A stretch of 64,000 bases of DNA, from assembly GCA_025463215.1 (NCBI GenBank), contig JAOBWF010000119.1:1840-65839 (forward strand). Direction: 5' to 3'. Below the pieces are notes generated by a model, which saw nothing but the letters and a program-made list of their open reading frames with translations, did not search any database and was not told where the DNA came from. Positions within the stretch are counted from its first letter, which is position 1, and every line of letters starts with the position of its first letter. This document shows, in pieces, positions 43,842 to 52,237 of the stretch. This stretch comes from Acidobacteriota bacterium (GTDB lineage: Bacteria; Acidobacteriota; Vicinamibacteria; Vicinamibacterales; CAVVIG01). The position numbers and the translations under genes are program-made.

Positions 43842-45523
43842 TCATGAAGACACGAGCCGCGGCCCTCGTTCTCGGCGTTCTGGTCGGTTGCACGTTGCAC
43901 GCCCAGGTCGGCGCCGATCGCCTCACCAACGCGGCGAAGGAAGCGCGCAACTGGCTGACCTACTCCGGCGGCTACTTCAGTCAGCGCCACAGCACGCTGA
44001 CCCAGATCACCCCCGCCAACGCGAAGACGCTCGAGCTGAAATGGATGTATCAGGCCGCCGCCGCGGGCGCCTGGCAGACCACGCCGCTGGTGGTCGACGG
44101 CGTGATGTACCTGACGCAGCGGCCCAACGATGTCGTCGCACTCGACGCGAAAAGCGGGCGCGTCTTCTGGATCTACCGGCACACGCTCGATCCGACGCAG
44201 ATCGTCTGCTGCGGCGCGAACAACCGCGGCCTCGCGATTCTCGGCGACACGCTGTTCATGGGCACGCTCGACGCGCACCTCGTCGCGATCGACGCGCGGA
44301 CCGGCCGTCTGCTGTGGAACACCAAGGTCGCCGACAGCAAAGGCGGCTACTCGGTCACGCACGCGCCGCTGGTCGTCAAGGACAAGGTGATCGTCGGCGT
44401 CGGCGGCGGCGAGTACGGCATTCGCGGCTTCGTCGCGGCGTTCGACGCGCGCAGCGGCAGAGAGGCGTGGCGGTTTTATACGATCCCGGCGCCCGACGAA
44501 CCGGGCGGCGACTCGTGGAAGGGCTGCCCGCCGAAGACCGTGGACGCCTTCTGCGATCCCGACGCGTGGAAGCACGGCGGCGGATCGGTGTGGGTCACCG
44601 GCTCCTACGATCCGGATCTGAACCTCACCTACTGGGGCGTCGGCAATGCCGGACCGGACTGGAACAACGATCAGCGCCCCGGCGACAACCTCTACACCGA
44701 TTCGGTGGTCGCACTCGACGCCGACACCGGCCGGTTGCAGTGGCACTATCAGTTCACCCCGCACGACAAGTACGACTACGACTCGGTCCAGGTGCCGGTG
44801 CTCGCCGACATCACGTGGCGCGGCGGGCCGCTCAAGGCAATGGTCTGGGCGAATCGCAACGGCAATTTCTACGTGCTCGATCGCGCGACCGGAAAATTTC
44901 TCACCGGCAGGCCGTTCGTGAAAGTGAACTGGATGGATACGTTTGACGAGCACGGCCGTCCGCACCAGACGCCGCAGCCGGCGGGGCAGCCGACGTGGCC
45001 GGGCAACCAGGGCGGCACCAACTGGTACTCGCCCTCGTACAGCCCGCACACGGGCATGTTCTATGTCTCGGCGTGGGAGGGCTACGCGACGCTGTTCGGC
45101 GGCACGCCGGTCGAATATCAGGAGGGCCGCAACTTCGGCGGCGGCGTCAACCGGCCGTTCGTTCCGATCCCCGGGGCGCCGGCGGTGCCGGGGATCCGAC
45201 GCGGCCCGATCAACAACTGGACGGAAGCGGCCGCCACCGGCGCGGTCCTCGCGCTCGACGCGGCGACCGGTGACGTGAAGTGGAAGTTCCCGATGACCGA
45301 CGTCACCGACAGCGGTATCCTGACGACCGCGTCGGACGTGCTGTTCACGGGCGGGCGCGAAGGCTATTTCCAGGCGCTCGACGCGCAGACCGGCACCCTG
45401 TTGTGGAAGGCGAGCCTCGGCGCGCAGATCGTCAGCGGACCGATTACCTACGAAGTCGATGGGAAGCAGTACGTCACCGCGATCTCCGGACTGTCGCTGT
45501 GCGTCTTCGGGCTGCGCGAGTAA
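43838..45523 (+). CDS. PQQ-dependent alcohol dehydrogenase (methanol/ethanol quinoprotein family)
   Basis: 561 aa with a signal peptide. NWLTYSGGYFSQRHS..L..I block, vicinal Cys pair (IVCCGANNRG), W-repeat propeller pattern, and TPHDKYDYDS active-site block. Confidence 0.88.
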   Translation: MIMKTRAAALVLGVLVGCTLHAQVGADRLTNAAKEARNWLTYSGGYFSQRHSTLTQITPANAKTLELKWMYQAAAAGAWQTTPLVVDGVMYLTQRPNDVVALDAKSGRVFWIYRHTLDPTQIVCCGANNRGLAILGDTLFMGTLDAHLVAIDARTGRLLWNTKVADSKGGYSVTHAPLVVKDKVIVGVGGGEYGIRGFVAAFDARSGREAWRFYTIPAPDEPGGDSWKGCPPKTVDAFCDPDAWKHGGGSVWVTGSYDPDLNLTYWGVGNAGPDWNNDQRPGDNLYTDSVVALDADTGRLQWHYQFTPHDKYDYDSVQVPVLADITWRGGPLKAMVWANRNGNFYVLDRATGKFLTGRPFVKVNWMDTFDEHGRPHQTPQPAGQPTWPGNQGGTNWYSPSYSPHTGMFYVSAWEGYATLFGGTPVEYQEGRNFGGGVNRPFVPIPGAPAVPGIRRGPINNWTEAAATGAVLALDAATGDVKWKFPMTDVTDSGILTTASDVLFTGGREGYFQALDAQTGTLLWKASLGAQIVSGPITYEVDGKQYVTAISGLSLCVFGLRE

Positions 45524-45634
45524 ACGCGGACGATGAGGCGCGATCTACTCAATTTGAGAACGAAGGGTCCAGCGTACGGCCGGGGTTCGGTCGCCGAGCC
45601 GGGCGGTACGGATCCTGAACTACAGGCGACTGCG

Positions 45635-46348
45635 ATGTTAAAAGTCGAGCTGCACACCCACACGGCCGACGATCCGGTCGATACGATTCCGTATTCGACG
45701 TGCGATTTGATCGACCGCGCCGGGGCGCTCGGGTACGACGCGGTCGCCATCACCCTCCACGAGCAACAGCTCGATCTCCGGCGCTTCATCCCGTACGCCG
45801 CCGAGCGCGGGATCGTCCTCATCCCCGGCGTCGAACGGACGATCGAAGGCCGGCACGTCCTGCTGCTGAATTTCGCCCGCGGCACAGAGGACGTGCGGAC
45901 GTTCGACGATCTCGCCCGTCTGCGGGCCAACGCGCCGGGTCTCGTGATCGCGCCCCACCCGTTCTTTCCCGCGAGCGTCTGCCTGCGCGGCGAACTGGCG
46001 CGGCACGCGGATTTGTTCGACGCGGTGGAGCGCAACGCGATGTACATCCGCGGCGTCGATTTCAATCGCGCCGCCGAACGCTTCGCGGCGCGGCACGGCA
46101 AGCCGGTGGTCGGCAACGGTGACGTCCATCGCCTTGCCCAGCTCGGTTCGACCTATTCGCTGGTGGATGCGGAGCGGGATCCCGACGCAATCTGCGCGGC
46201 GATCGCCGCCGGCCTGGTGCGCGTCGAAAGCCGTCCGCTCGCCTGGATCGACGCGGCGCGGCTGATGTCGAGCCTGTTGCTCGCCGGCCTCGTCTCGCAG
46301 CGCGTGACCGCCGCGGGCGGTGCCGCCTGCAGCCCCGGCGCGACGTAG
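45635..46348 (+). CDS. PHP-domain (polymerase/histidinol phosphatase-like) metal hydrolase
   Basis: MLKVELHTHTADDP... is the HxH motif at the N-terminus typical of the PHP fold. Start set at ATG 45635. Confidence 0.72.
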   Translation: MLKVELHTHTADDPVDTIPYSTCDLIDRAGALGYDAVAITLHEQQLDLRRFIPYAAERGIVLIPGVERTIEGRHVLLLNFARGTEDVRTFDDLARLRANAPGLVIAPHPFFPASVCLRGELARHADLFDAVERNAMYIRGVDFNRAAERFAARHGKPVVGNGDVHRLAQLGSTYSLVDAERDPDAICAAIAAGLVRVESRPLAWIDAARLMSSLLLAGLVSQRVTAAGGAACSPGAT

Positions 46349-46448
46349 TACTCAAAACGATCGCTGAGTGCGCACAGCCGTTGTCGCCTTCGACCTTGGG
46401 TAGCGCCGGGCTTTAGACCTGCCAGGCGGCAGCCCTGAACGGCTGCGC

Positions 46449-48455
46449 TCAGAACAGCCAGCCGAACGTCAGCGTATTCGCGCCGTCACGCAGGCCGTGG
46501 GCGACATCTCCGCGCAGCACGCCGGGGGTGCCCGGAATCTTGATGCGGAGGCCGACGCCGAGATCGATTTGCACCGGCGTTGCGCCTGCTGCCGCCTGCC
46601 GCGACGCGCGCGCCGCGTCGGCGAAGCCGGCGATCCCGAGACGAACAATCGACGGCCGCTCCAGCCACCGCTGGAGCTCCGCGCTCCCGAACGTCAGCGT
46701 GCGGCCGAATGCGGACGCACCGGTGAGGTCGACCACTCCGTCGCTCAATAGCGGATGCGCACGCAGCAGCGGGGCGCGGACCTGCCCCTCGCCGGCGCCC
46801 GGCCATAACGCGAACGGCGCTTCGTCGCTGACGCGCTCGATGCCCGCGGCGCCGCGCACGACCCAGCCGCGCGTATCGGGTGACGACCGCGCGAGCGCGC
46901 GCGCGCCGAGCGAGCGGAACGCGGCGCCGCCGGTCAGCGGCGCCCATTGCGTCGCGTCAACGGTCAGCGACAGGCGATCTGTGAACGCTGCGCGTTCGAG
47001 CGAGCCGCCGATCGACGCCGCCTTGCGGCCGCCGCTCCATGCGTCGAGGCCCGCCGACGCTGCGTAGCGGACGCGGCCCGAGAGCCAGTCGCCGACGGTG
47101 ACGCCGCCGTGGGTGCGCGACTCGACAATCCGCGACTCCCGCGCGCCGCCATAGGTATCCGACTGCCACGAGCCGTCGAACCGCCACACGCCGGGCAACC
47201 GCCGTACCCCTGGCGCCGCGAAACCGACGCTGACGCCCGGCCGATGACTCCACCAGCGCCAGCCCGCGGACCACACCTCTCCTTGTCCGCTGACGCCCGG
47301 GATCGCCACGTCGATCTCCTCATTCGCGACCGTCCGCGCCACGGCGCCGGCCCATTCAATCGTGCCGCGTGGCACCGCCGACAGCTCGACGACGACGACG
47401 TCGACGGTCGCGAAGCCGTCGGCCTCGGGTTTGACCGCCAGCCGTGTCGCGGCATGATCCGGCAGCGCGGCGATCCGGCGCCGCGCGCGCTCGAAGACGT
47501 CCGCGGTCAGCAGCATGTTCGGCTGGATCGCGATCACCTCGGCGACCGTCTGATAGCGCGTGTGGTGCAATCCGTCGATTCGCACCCGGTTGACCCGCGG
47601 TTTGCCGATCCGGTTCCATGCGCGCAGCGCGCCGAGGTCGTCGTCCTGCATGAACAGGCTCGAGCCGAGGACGTCGAGCGCGTACTCGTCGTGCGCGTCG
47701 TGGGTCAGCGCGTCGCGCGCCAGCGCCGCGGCATCAGCCCAGCGCTGTTCCGCGAACCGGACGCCTGCCAGCTCGCGCAGCGGACCCGCCGCCTCCGGAC
47801 ATTGCGCGCGCACCTCGTTCAACGCCGCGTCGGCGTGCGTGATGCCGCGATCCCGGATCTCCGCGAGTGCCCGGTTCAACCGCGCGTCGCAGCCACTGAC
47901 GGCGACCCTGGCCGTCGGCCCGCCCTCTGGCACGTCGACCTGTGTGGGATTTGACGGAAGCTCGGCGGAACTCGACGGGAGGGAAGGCGGAAGGATCACG
48001 AGCGACCAGAAGCCGGCGTTCTTCCAGGCACGCTCGAAGTCGGGGGCACCGATCGATCGCGATGGGCCCCATGACGGATCATGGACGACGATCGTGTCGT
48101 CGGTCGCCGCGACCACGACGACGTAGTGATAGAGCGGGCCCCGATCCGGCAGCAGCACGATCACCGGCTGCTTGTCGTTGACGCGGGCGCGCAGCGCGGC
48201 GAGCGAATCGCCGGCGCGCGCGGTGCGCCACCCTTTCGCGCCGATCGCGCGGACCAGGACGTCGTTCGCGATGCCGCCGGCGCGGCGATCGACGAGGGGC
48301 GCGAACGCCTGGGCGTCAGCGTGGGCGTCGCCCCAGTAGCGGAACACCATCGCGGCCGCCGCGCCGCCGCACAAGGCGTCGGTCTGCGGCAGGTACGGCA
48401 CGTCCATCGCCAGCGAGGCGGCGATCGACAGCACGGCGGCCAGCGTGGTGAGCAT
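46449..48455 (-). CDS. C39-like cysteine peptidase fused to TPR-like linker, POTRA domain and Omp85-type beta-barrel
   Basis: N-terminus VPYLPQTDALCGGAAAAMVFRYWG...YHYVVVVAATDDTIVVHDPSWG (C39_2-like Cys and His blocks). VNRVRIDGLHHTRYQTVAEVIAIQPNMLLTADVFERARRRIAALPDHAATRLAVKPEADGFATVDVVVVE is POTRA-like. About 300 aa of alternating beta pattern end in TFGWLF. Confidence 0.72.
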   Translation of the reverse strand: MLTTLAAVLSIAASLAMDVPYLPQTDALCGGAAAAMVFRYWGDAHADAQAFAPLVDRRAGGIANDVLVRAIGAKGWRTARAGDSLAALRARVNDKQPVIVLLPDRGPLYHYVVVVAATDDTIVVHDPSWGPSRSIGAPDFERAWKNAGFWSLVILPPSLPSSSAELPSNPTQVDVPEGGPTARVAVSGCDARLNRALAEIRDRGITHADAALNEVRAQCPEAAGPLRELAGVRFAEQRWADAAALARDALTHDAHDEYALDVLGSSLFMQDDDLGALRAWNRIGKPRVNRVRIDGLHHTRYQTVAEVIAIQPNMLLTADVFERARRRIAALPDHAATRLAVKPEADGFATVDVVVVELSAVPRGTIEWAGAVARTVANEEIDVAIPGVSGQGEVWSAGWRWWSHRPGVSVGFAAPGVRRLPGVWRFDGSWQSDTYGGARESRIVESRTHGGVTVGDWLSGRVRYAASAGLDAWSGGRKAASIGGSLERAAFTDRLSLTVDATQWAPLTGGAAFRSLGARALARSSPDTRGWVVRGAAGIERVSDEAPFALWPGAGEGQVRAPLLRAHPLLSDGVVDLTGASAFGRTLTFGSAELQRWLERPSIVRLGIAGFADAARASRQAAAGATPVQIDLGVGLRIKIPGTPGVLRGDVAHGLRDGANTLTFGWLF

Positions 48456-48481
48456 GGACTAACCGCGGCGGTAGATCGCCG

Positions 48482-48877
48482 CTATTTCACCGCGATGATC
48501 AGGATGATCACGAGCAGCAGGATGATCAGGATGGTCGTCGTCGAGATGACGACGGTCGACGCGCCGCCGACGAGCTGGTCGTTGACCTGCTGCGCCGCAT
48601 TCGCGGCCTGTGCCAGCTGGGTGCCGTTCAGGGTGTCGACCGCCGCCGCCGCACGTGAGAGGTCAAGGCCAAGCTTGGCCGCGACAGCCTGAACTTCCGA
48701 CAGTTCAAGGGCTTTGCGTACAGTTGCGCGATCCGTGTCCTGTTTCGCTGCGGCGCCGGCGACCGTCGTCGCCAGCTGGGTGGGAGAGACGACGTGCTGC
48801 TGGCCGGCGAAGGCGGAAGAAGAGGCCATCATCAACATCGCGAGCGGGAAAACGAGAAGCTTTCGGACTGACTGCAT
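48482..48877 (-). CDS. Small exported protein with C-terminal GlyGly-TM-Lys tail (PA2779-family-like)
   Basis: Signal peptide MQSVRKLLVFPLAMLMMASSSAFA. Ala/Gln-rich helical middle region. Ends ...NDQLVGGASTVVISTTTILIILLLVIILIIAVK. It lies 26 bp upstream of the peptidase gene on the same strand. Confidence 0.6.
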   Translation of the reverse strand: MQSVRKLLVFPLAMLMMASSSAFAGQQHVVSPTQLATTVAGAAAKQDTDRATVRKALELSEVQAVAAKLGLDLSRAAAAVDTLNGTQLAQAANAAQQVNDQLVGGASTVVISTTTILIILLLVIILIIAVK

Positions 48878-48994
48878 CGGAATCCTCCTGAAAAGTGGCA
48901 ACGCGACTCAACAGGAAGCAAGGGCGATACCGCACGCATCTGCGGCCGAGCTGGTTCCGGCACGGGCCTCGCAAGGACTACAGCGGAGGTTCCA

Positions 48995-49408
48995 ATGAGA
49001 TCAATCTGTGCAGCGTTCGGTCTGGCGGCGATCTGTGCGGTCGGGCTGGGTGCGCAAAGCGCCACCACGAAGTCGAAGACCAAGGTGGAAGTGAAGGACG
49101 GCAAGGAGATCACCGTCGGCGGCTGCCTCGAGCGTAACCCGGGCGGCGGTTACATGCTGACGTCCACGGCCGGCTCGATGAAGTACGCCTTGATCACCGA
49201 CGACGATCTCTCCAAGCACGTCGGTCACCGGGTCGAGGTCAAAGGTAAGGCCGCGGACCGTGGCGACGGCAAGGTGAAGATCGAGTCGACGGTCGGCAGC
49301 GGCGACGACAAGTCGAAGGCGAAGACCGAGATCAAGGGCAACGACATGTCCGGGATGCATTATCTCGGGATGAAATCGCTCAAGATGATTTCGGCTTCCT
49401 GCGTGTAG
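48995..49408 (+). CDS. Small secreted Lys/Gly/Asp-rich hypothetical protein
   Basis: Signal peptide MRSICAAFGLAAICAVGLGAQSA. 137 aa. No family recognised. Confidence 0.55.
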   Translation: MRSICAAFGLAAICAVGLGAQSATTKSKTKVEVKDGKEITVGGCLERNPGGGYMLTSTAGSMKYALITDDDLSKHVGHRVEVKGKAADRGDGKVKIESTVGSGDDKSKAKTEIKGNDMSGMHYLGMKSLKMISASCV

Positions 49409-49447
49409 GATCTCTCCAGAGGCGGGGCCGCGGCCCCGCCTCACACC

Positions 49448-50209
49448 GTGACCCCATCCGACGATCGACTCGCCCGCTGGATCGCCGCCCTCGAAGCGAC
49501 ACATTTCGCAGAGCTCACGTTCCCTGAAGTCTCACGCGCGCTGCGCGCGCTGTCGTCGACCTACGTCGAACGGCGTGAGAAGCTGGCGGACGGAGCCGCG
49601 TTGTCTGGCACCGGCAAGCGCGCCGCATTCGCGCTGTTCTACGGCCCGCTGCATCATCTTCTCGTCGCGCACATCGTCGACCAGCTGCCCGGCGCGACCT
49701 CGGATGTGCACACGATTCTCGATCTCGGCTGCGGCACGGGTGCGTCGGGCGCCGCATGGGCCGCTGCCTGCGCCAAGACGCCGCGTGTGGTCGGCATCGA
49801 TCGGCATCCGTGGACGATTGGGGAGGCCGCGGCGACCTACAAGGCGTTCGGCATTTCCGCGACGGTTCGGCGCGGCGACATCGCGACCGCGCCGCTGCCG
49901 AAGGGTCCGGCCTCCATTCTCGCGGCGTTCACGATGAACGAGCTGCCCGAGGCGTCGCGCGACGCGCTGATGGCGCGGCTGGTCGCTCGCGCTGCCGACG
50001 GCGATCGCGTGCTCATCGTCGAGCCGCTGGCCGGGTTCGTGGCGCGCTGGTGGAACCGCTGGCGCGACACCTTCGAATCAGCCGGAGGGCGCGCTGACGA
50101 ATGGCGTCTGCGGACGGAGCTGCCGCCGATCGTCGCCAAGCTCGATCGCGCCGCGGGACTGAATCATCGCGAGATCACCGGCCGATCGCTGTGGTTGGGG
50201 CACCGCTGA
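49448..50209 (+). CDS. Class I SAM-dependent methyltransferase (Rsm22-like)
   Basis: ILDLGCGTGASGAAWA motif I, with downstream motifs in the usual order. 253 aa. Confidence 0.7.
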   Translation: MTPSDDRLARWIAALEATHFAELTFPEVSRALRALSSTYVERREKLADGAALSGTGKRAAFALFYGPLHHLLVAHIVDQLPGATSDVHTILDLGCGTGASGAAWAAACAKTPRVVGIDRHPWTIGEAAATYKAFGISATVRRGDIATAPLPKGPASILAAFTMNELPEASRDALMARLVARAADGDRVLIVEPLAGFVARWWNRWRDTFESAGGRADEWRLRTELPPIVAKLDRAAGLNHREITGRSLWLGHR

Positions 50210-50229
50210 CGTCGTGCGCGCCCGCCCCT

Positions 50230-51339
50230 TCAGCGCTGCCTTGTCGCCGCCCACTGGAGCAGCTGTTTCAGCGGCCAGCAGTTGACGACGCGATCGGTCG
50301 GGACGCCGGCGAGGCGCGCGTGGGCAATGGCGGTCTGCGCGTAGCGCGGCAGCTCGCCGGTGGAATGCGCGTCGCTGTCGAGCGCGAAGAGGCAACCCGC
50401 CGCGACGGCGCGCCGCGCCAGGTCGTAATCCAGATCCTGCCGCGACGGATCGCCGTCGATCTCGATCGCGACGTTCGATCGGCGCGCCGCGTCGAACACG
50501 CGATCCCAGTCGGCGGACACACCAGGGCGCGAACCGATCATGCGGCCGCGCGGGTGCCCGAGGATGTGGACGCCGGGCGCCGATACCGCTGTGATCATTC
50601 GCACCGTCTGATCCTCGGGGGATCGCAGCACCGAGTGCGGCGCGGCAACGACGATCTCGAGCTGCGCCAGCTCGTTCGGCTCCATGTCGACCGATCCGTC
50701 GGCGCGGATGTTGGCCTCGATTCCTTTCAGCAGCCGGAACCTGCCGCGGTGCTGCTTGTTCAGTGCGTCGATCTCTTTGTGCTGCTCGGCGAGCTCCGCC
50801 ATCGACACGCCGCCGGCGATCTTCAATCCGTACGAATGATCAGTCACCGCGCAGAACGCGTATCCGAGATTGATGCCGGTTTCGACGATGTCTGCGAGGG
50901 TCTGGCTGCCATCGCTCCAGGTCGAGTGCATCTGCAGGTCGCCGCGATAGTCTTCGACGCGTGGGCCGGTCAGCGTGCTGTTGCGGAGCGCGTCGAGCAC
51001 CTGCGCCCGGCTCAGCGAATGACTGCGCAGCCCGCGCCGGCGTTCGACGTCGCTCTGCTGCCCGCTGCCGGCAACCGCGCGTTCGATCGTCGGCGACGCG
51101 CCGGTCTGCAGGACCTCGAGGATGATCCGCGTCGACGAGGGCCCGATGTTCGGAATCTTTTGCAGCGTGCCGTCCGGGTTCAGCAGCGTGTCGATCGGCT
51201 GTTCGAGCGAGAGGATCGCGGACGCCGCCCGCTTGTAGCCCCACATACTCGCCTTCGACTTCTGCACCGCGGCGAAGTCGCGCAGCAGCGCCGCGATCTG
51301 GCCGTTCGTGTCCATGCCTGAGCTCGGGCGCGCCATCAA
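50230..51339 (-). CDS. Helix-hairpin-helix plus PHP-domain protein (PolX C-terminal-like, no polymerase core)
   Basis: The N-terminus (IAALLRDFA...LQKIPNIGPSSTRIILEVLQTG) is HhH-like. The PHP block is DLQMHSTWSDGSQTLADIVE...AVTDHS. The start may be an internal Met (MDTNGQ). Confidence 0.72.
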   Translation of the reverse strand: MMARPSSGMDTNGQIAALLRDFAAVQKSKASMWGYKRAASAILSLEQPIDTLLNPDGTLQKIPNIGPSSTRIILEVLQTGASPTIERAVAGSGQQSDVERRRGLRSHSLSRAQVLDALRNSTLTGPRVEDYRGDLQMHSTWSDGSQTLADIVETGINLGYAFCAVTDHSYGLKIAGGVSMAELAEQHKEIDALNKQHRGRFRLLKGIEANIRADGSVDMEPNELAQLEIVVAAPHSVLRSPEDQTVRMITAVSAPGVHILGHPRGRMIGSRPGVSADWDRVFDAARRSNVAIEIDGDPSRQDLDYDLARRAVAAGCLFALDSDAHSTGELPRYAQTAIAHARLAGVPTDRVVNCWPLKQLLQWAATRQR

Positions 51340-51354
51340 CTAATATGATCTCCT

Positions 51355-52227
51355 GTGCCCGATCCGATCGTTGCAAACCCGCGTCCCGCGGCCACGGTCG
51401 TGGTGCTGCGCGACGGCCCAGCCGGACCGGAAGTGTTCATGGTGCGGCGCCACGAAGGCACCGCCTTCATGGGCGGCGCGCACGTGTTTCCCGGCGGCCG
51501 CGTCGATGCGGCGGATGCCGACGCCGACCCGGCGTGGTGCGACGGTATCGCGCACGCGATCGCCCAGCTCGAGCATCTGGCGGCGCCCGACGCCCTCGCC
51601 TATCACGTCGCCGCCGCGCGCGAGCTGTTCGAGGAGGCCGGTGTTCTCCTCGCGCGGCATCCGGACGGCGACTTCGTGTCGCTCGCCGCACCGGCGGATC
51701 ACGAGCGCCTCAAGGCCGATCGCGAACGGGTCCACGACGGACAGACGCGGCTGCGCCTCGTCATCGCCCGCGAAGGTCTGCGCCTGGCGCTCGACGCCCT
51801 CGTGCTGTTCGCGCACTGGGTGACGCCGCCGATCGACAGCCGTCAGTTCGACACGCGTTTCTTCATGACGCGGGTGCCGCCGCACCAGACGCCGGCGCAC
51901 GACGACACCGAGACGACCCACAGTCTGTGGGTGCGCCCGGCGGACGCGATCGCGCAGGCTGGACGTGACGAAATCATCCTGCCGCCGCCGACGTGGAGCA
52001 CGCTGCGCGAGCTCGAGCCGTTCGAGTCGGTGACAGACGCGTTGGCGTGGGCCCGGGGGCGGACGGTGATTCGCCGGATGCCGAAGGCGATCGAACAGGA
52101 CGGCCATCGCATGCTGCTCCTCCCGGGCGACCCGCTCCATCCCGATCCGGCCGGCGACGATCCGCCGGTCGAGACGCGCTTCGTGCTGATCGATCGCCGC
52201 TGGCGCGCCGAGCGTCCGCCCGCGTAG
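51355..52227 (+). CDS. NUDIX-family hydrolase
   Basis: FPGGRVD......AARELFEEAGVLL is a Nudix-box-like element with an insertion. 290 aa. Confidence 0.65.
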   Translation: MPDPIVANPRPAATVVVLRDGPAGPEVFMVRRHEGTAFMGGAHVFPGGRVDAADADADPAWCDGIAHAIAQLEHLAAPDALAYHVAAARELFEEAGVLLARHPDGDFVSLAAPADHERLKADRERVHDGQTRLRLVIAREGLRLALDALVLFAHWVTPPIDSRQFDTRFFMTRVPPHQTPAHDDTETTHSLWVRPADAIAQAGRDEIILPPPTWSTLRELEPFESVTDALAWARGRTVIRRMPKAIEQDGHRMLLLPGDPLHPDPAGDDPPVETRFVLIDRRWRAERPPA

Positions 52228-52237
52228 AATCCGCCCG

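Noticed and set aside
43814-45049. 411-aa ORF antisense to the PQQ dehydrogenase
   Set aside because: It is a shadow ORF. The sense frame has PQQ-propeller and Cys-Cys motifs.
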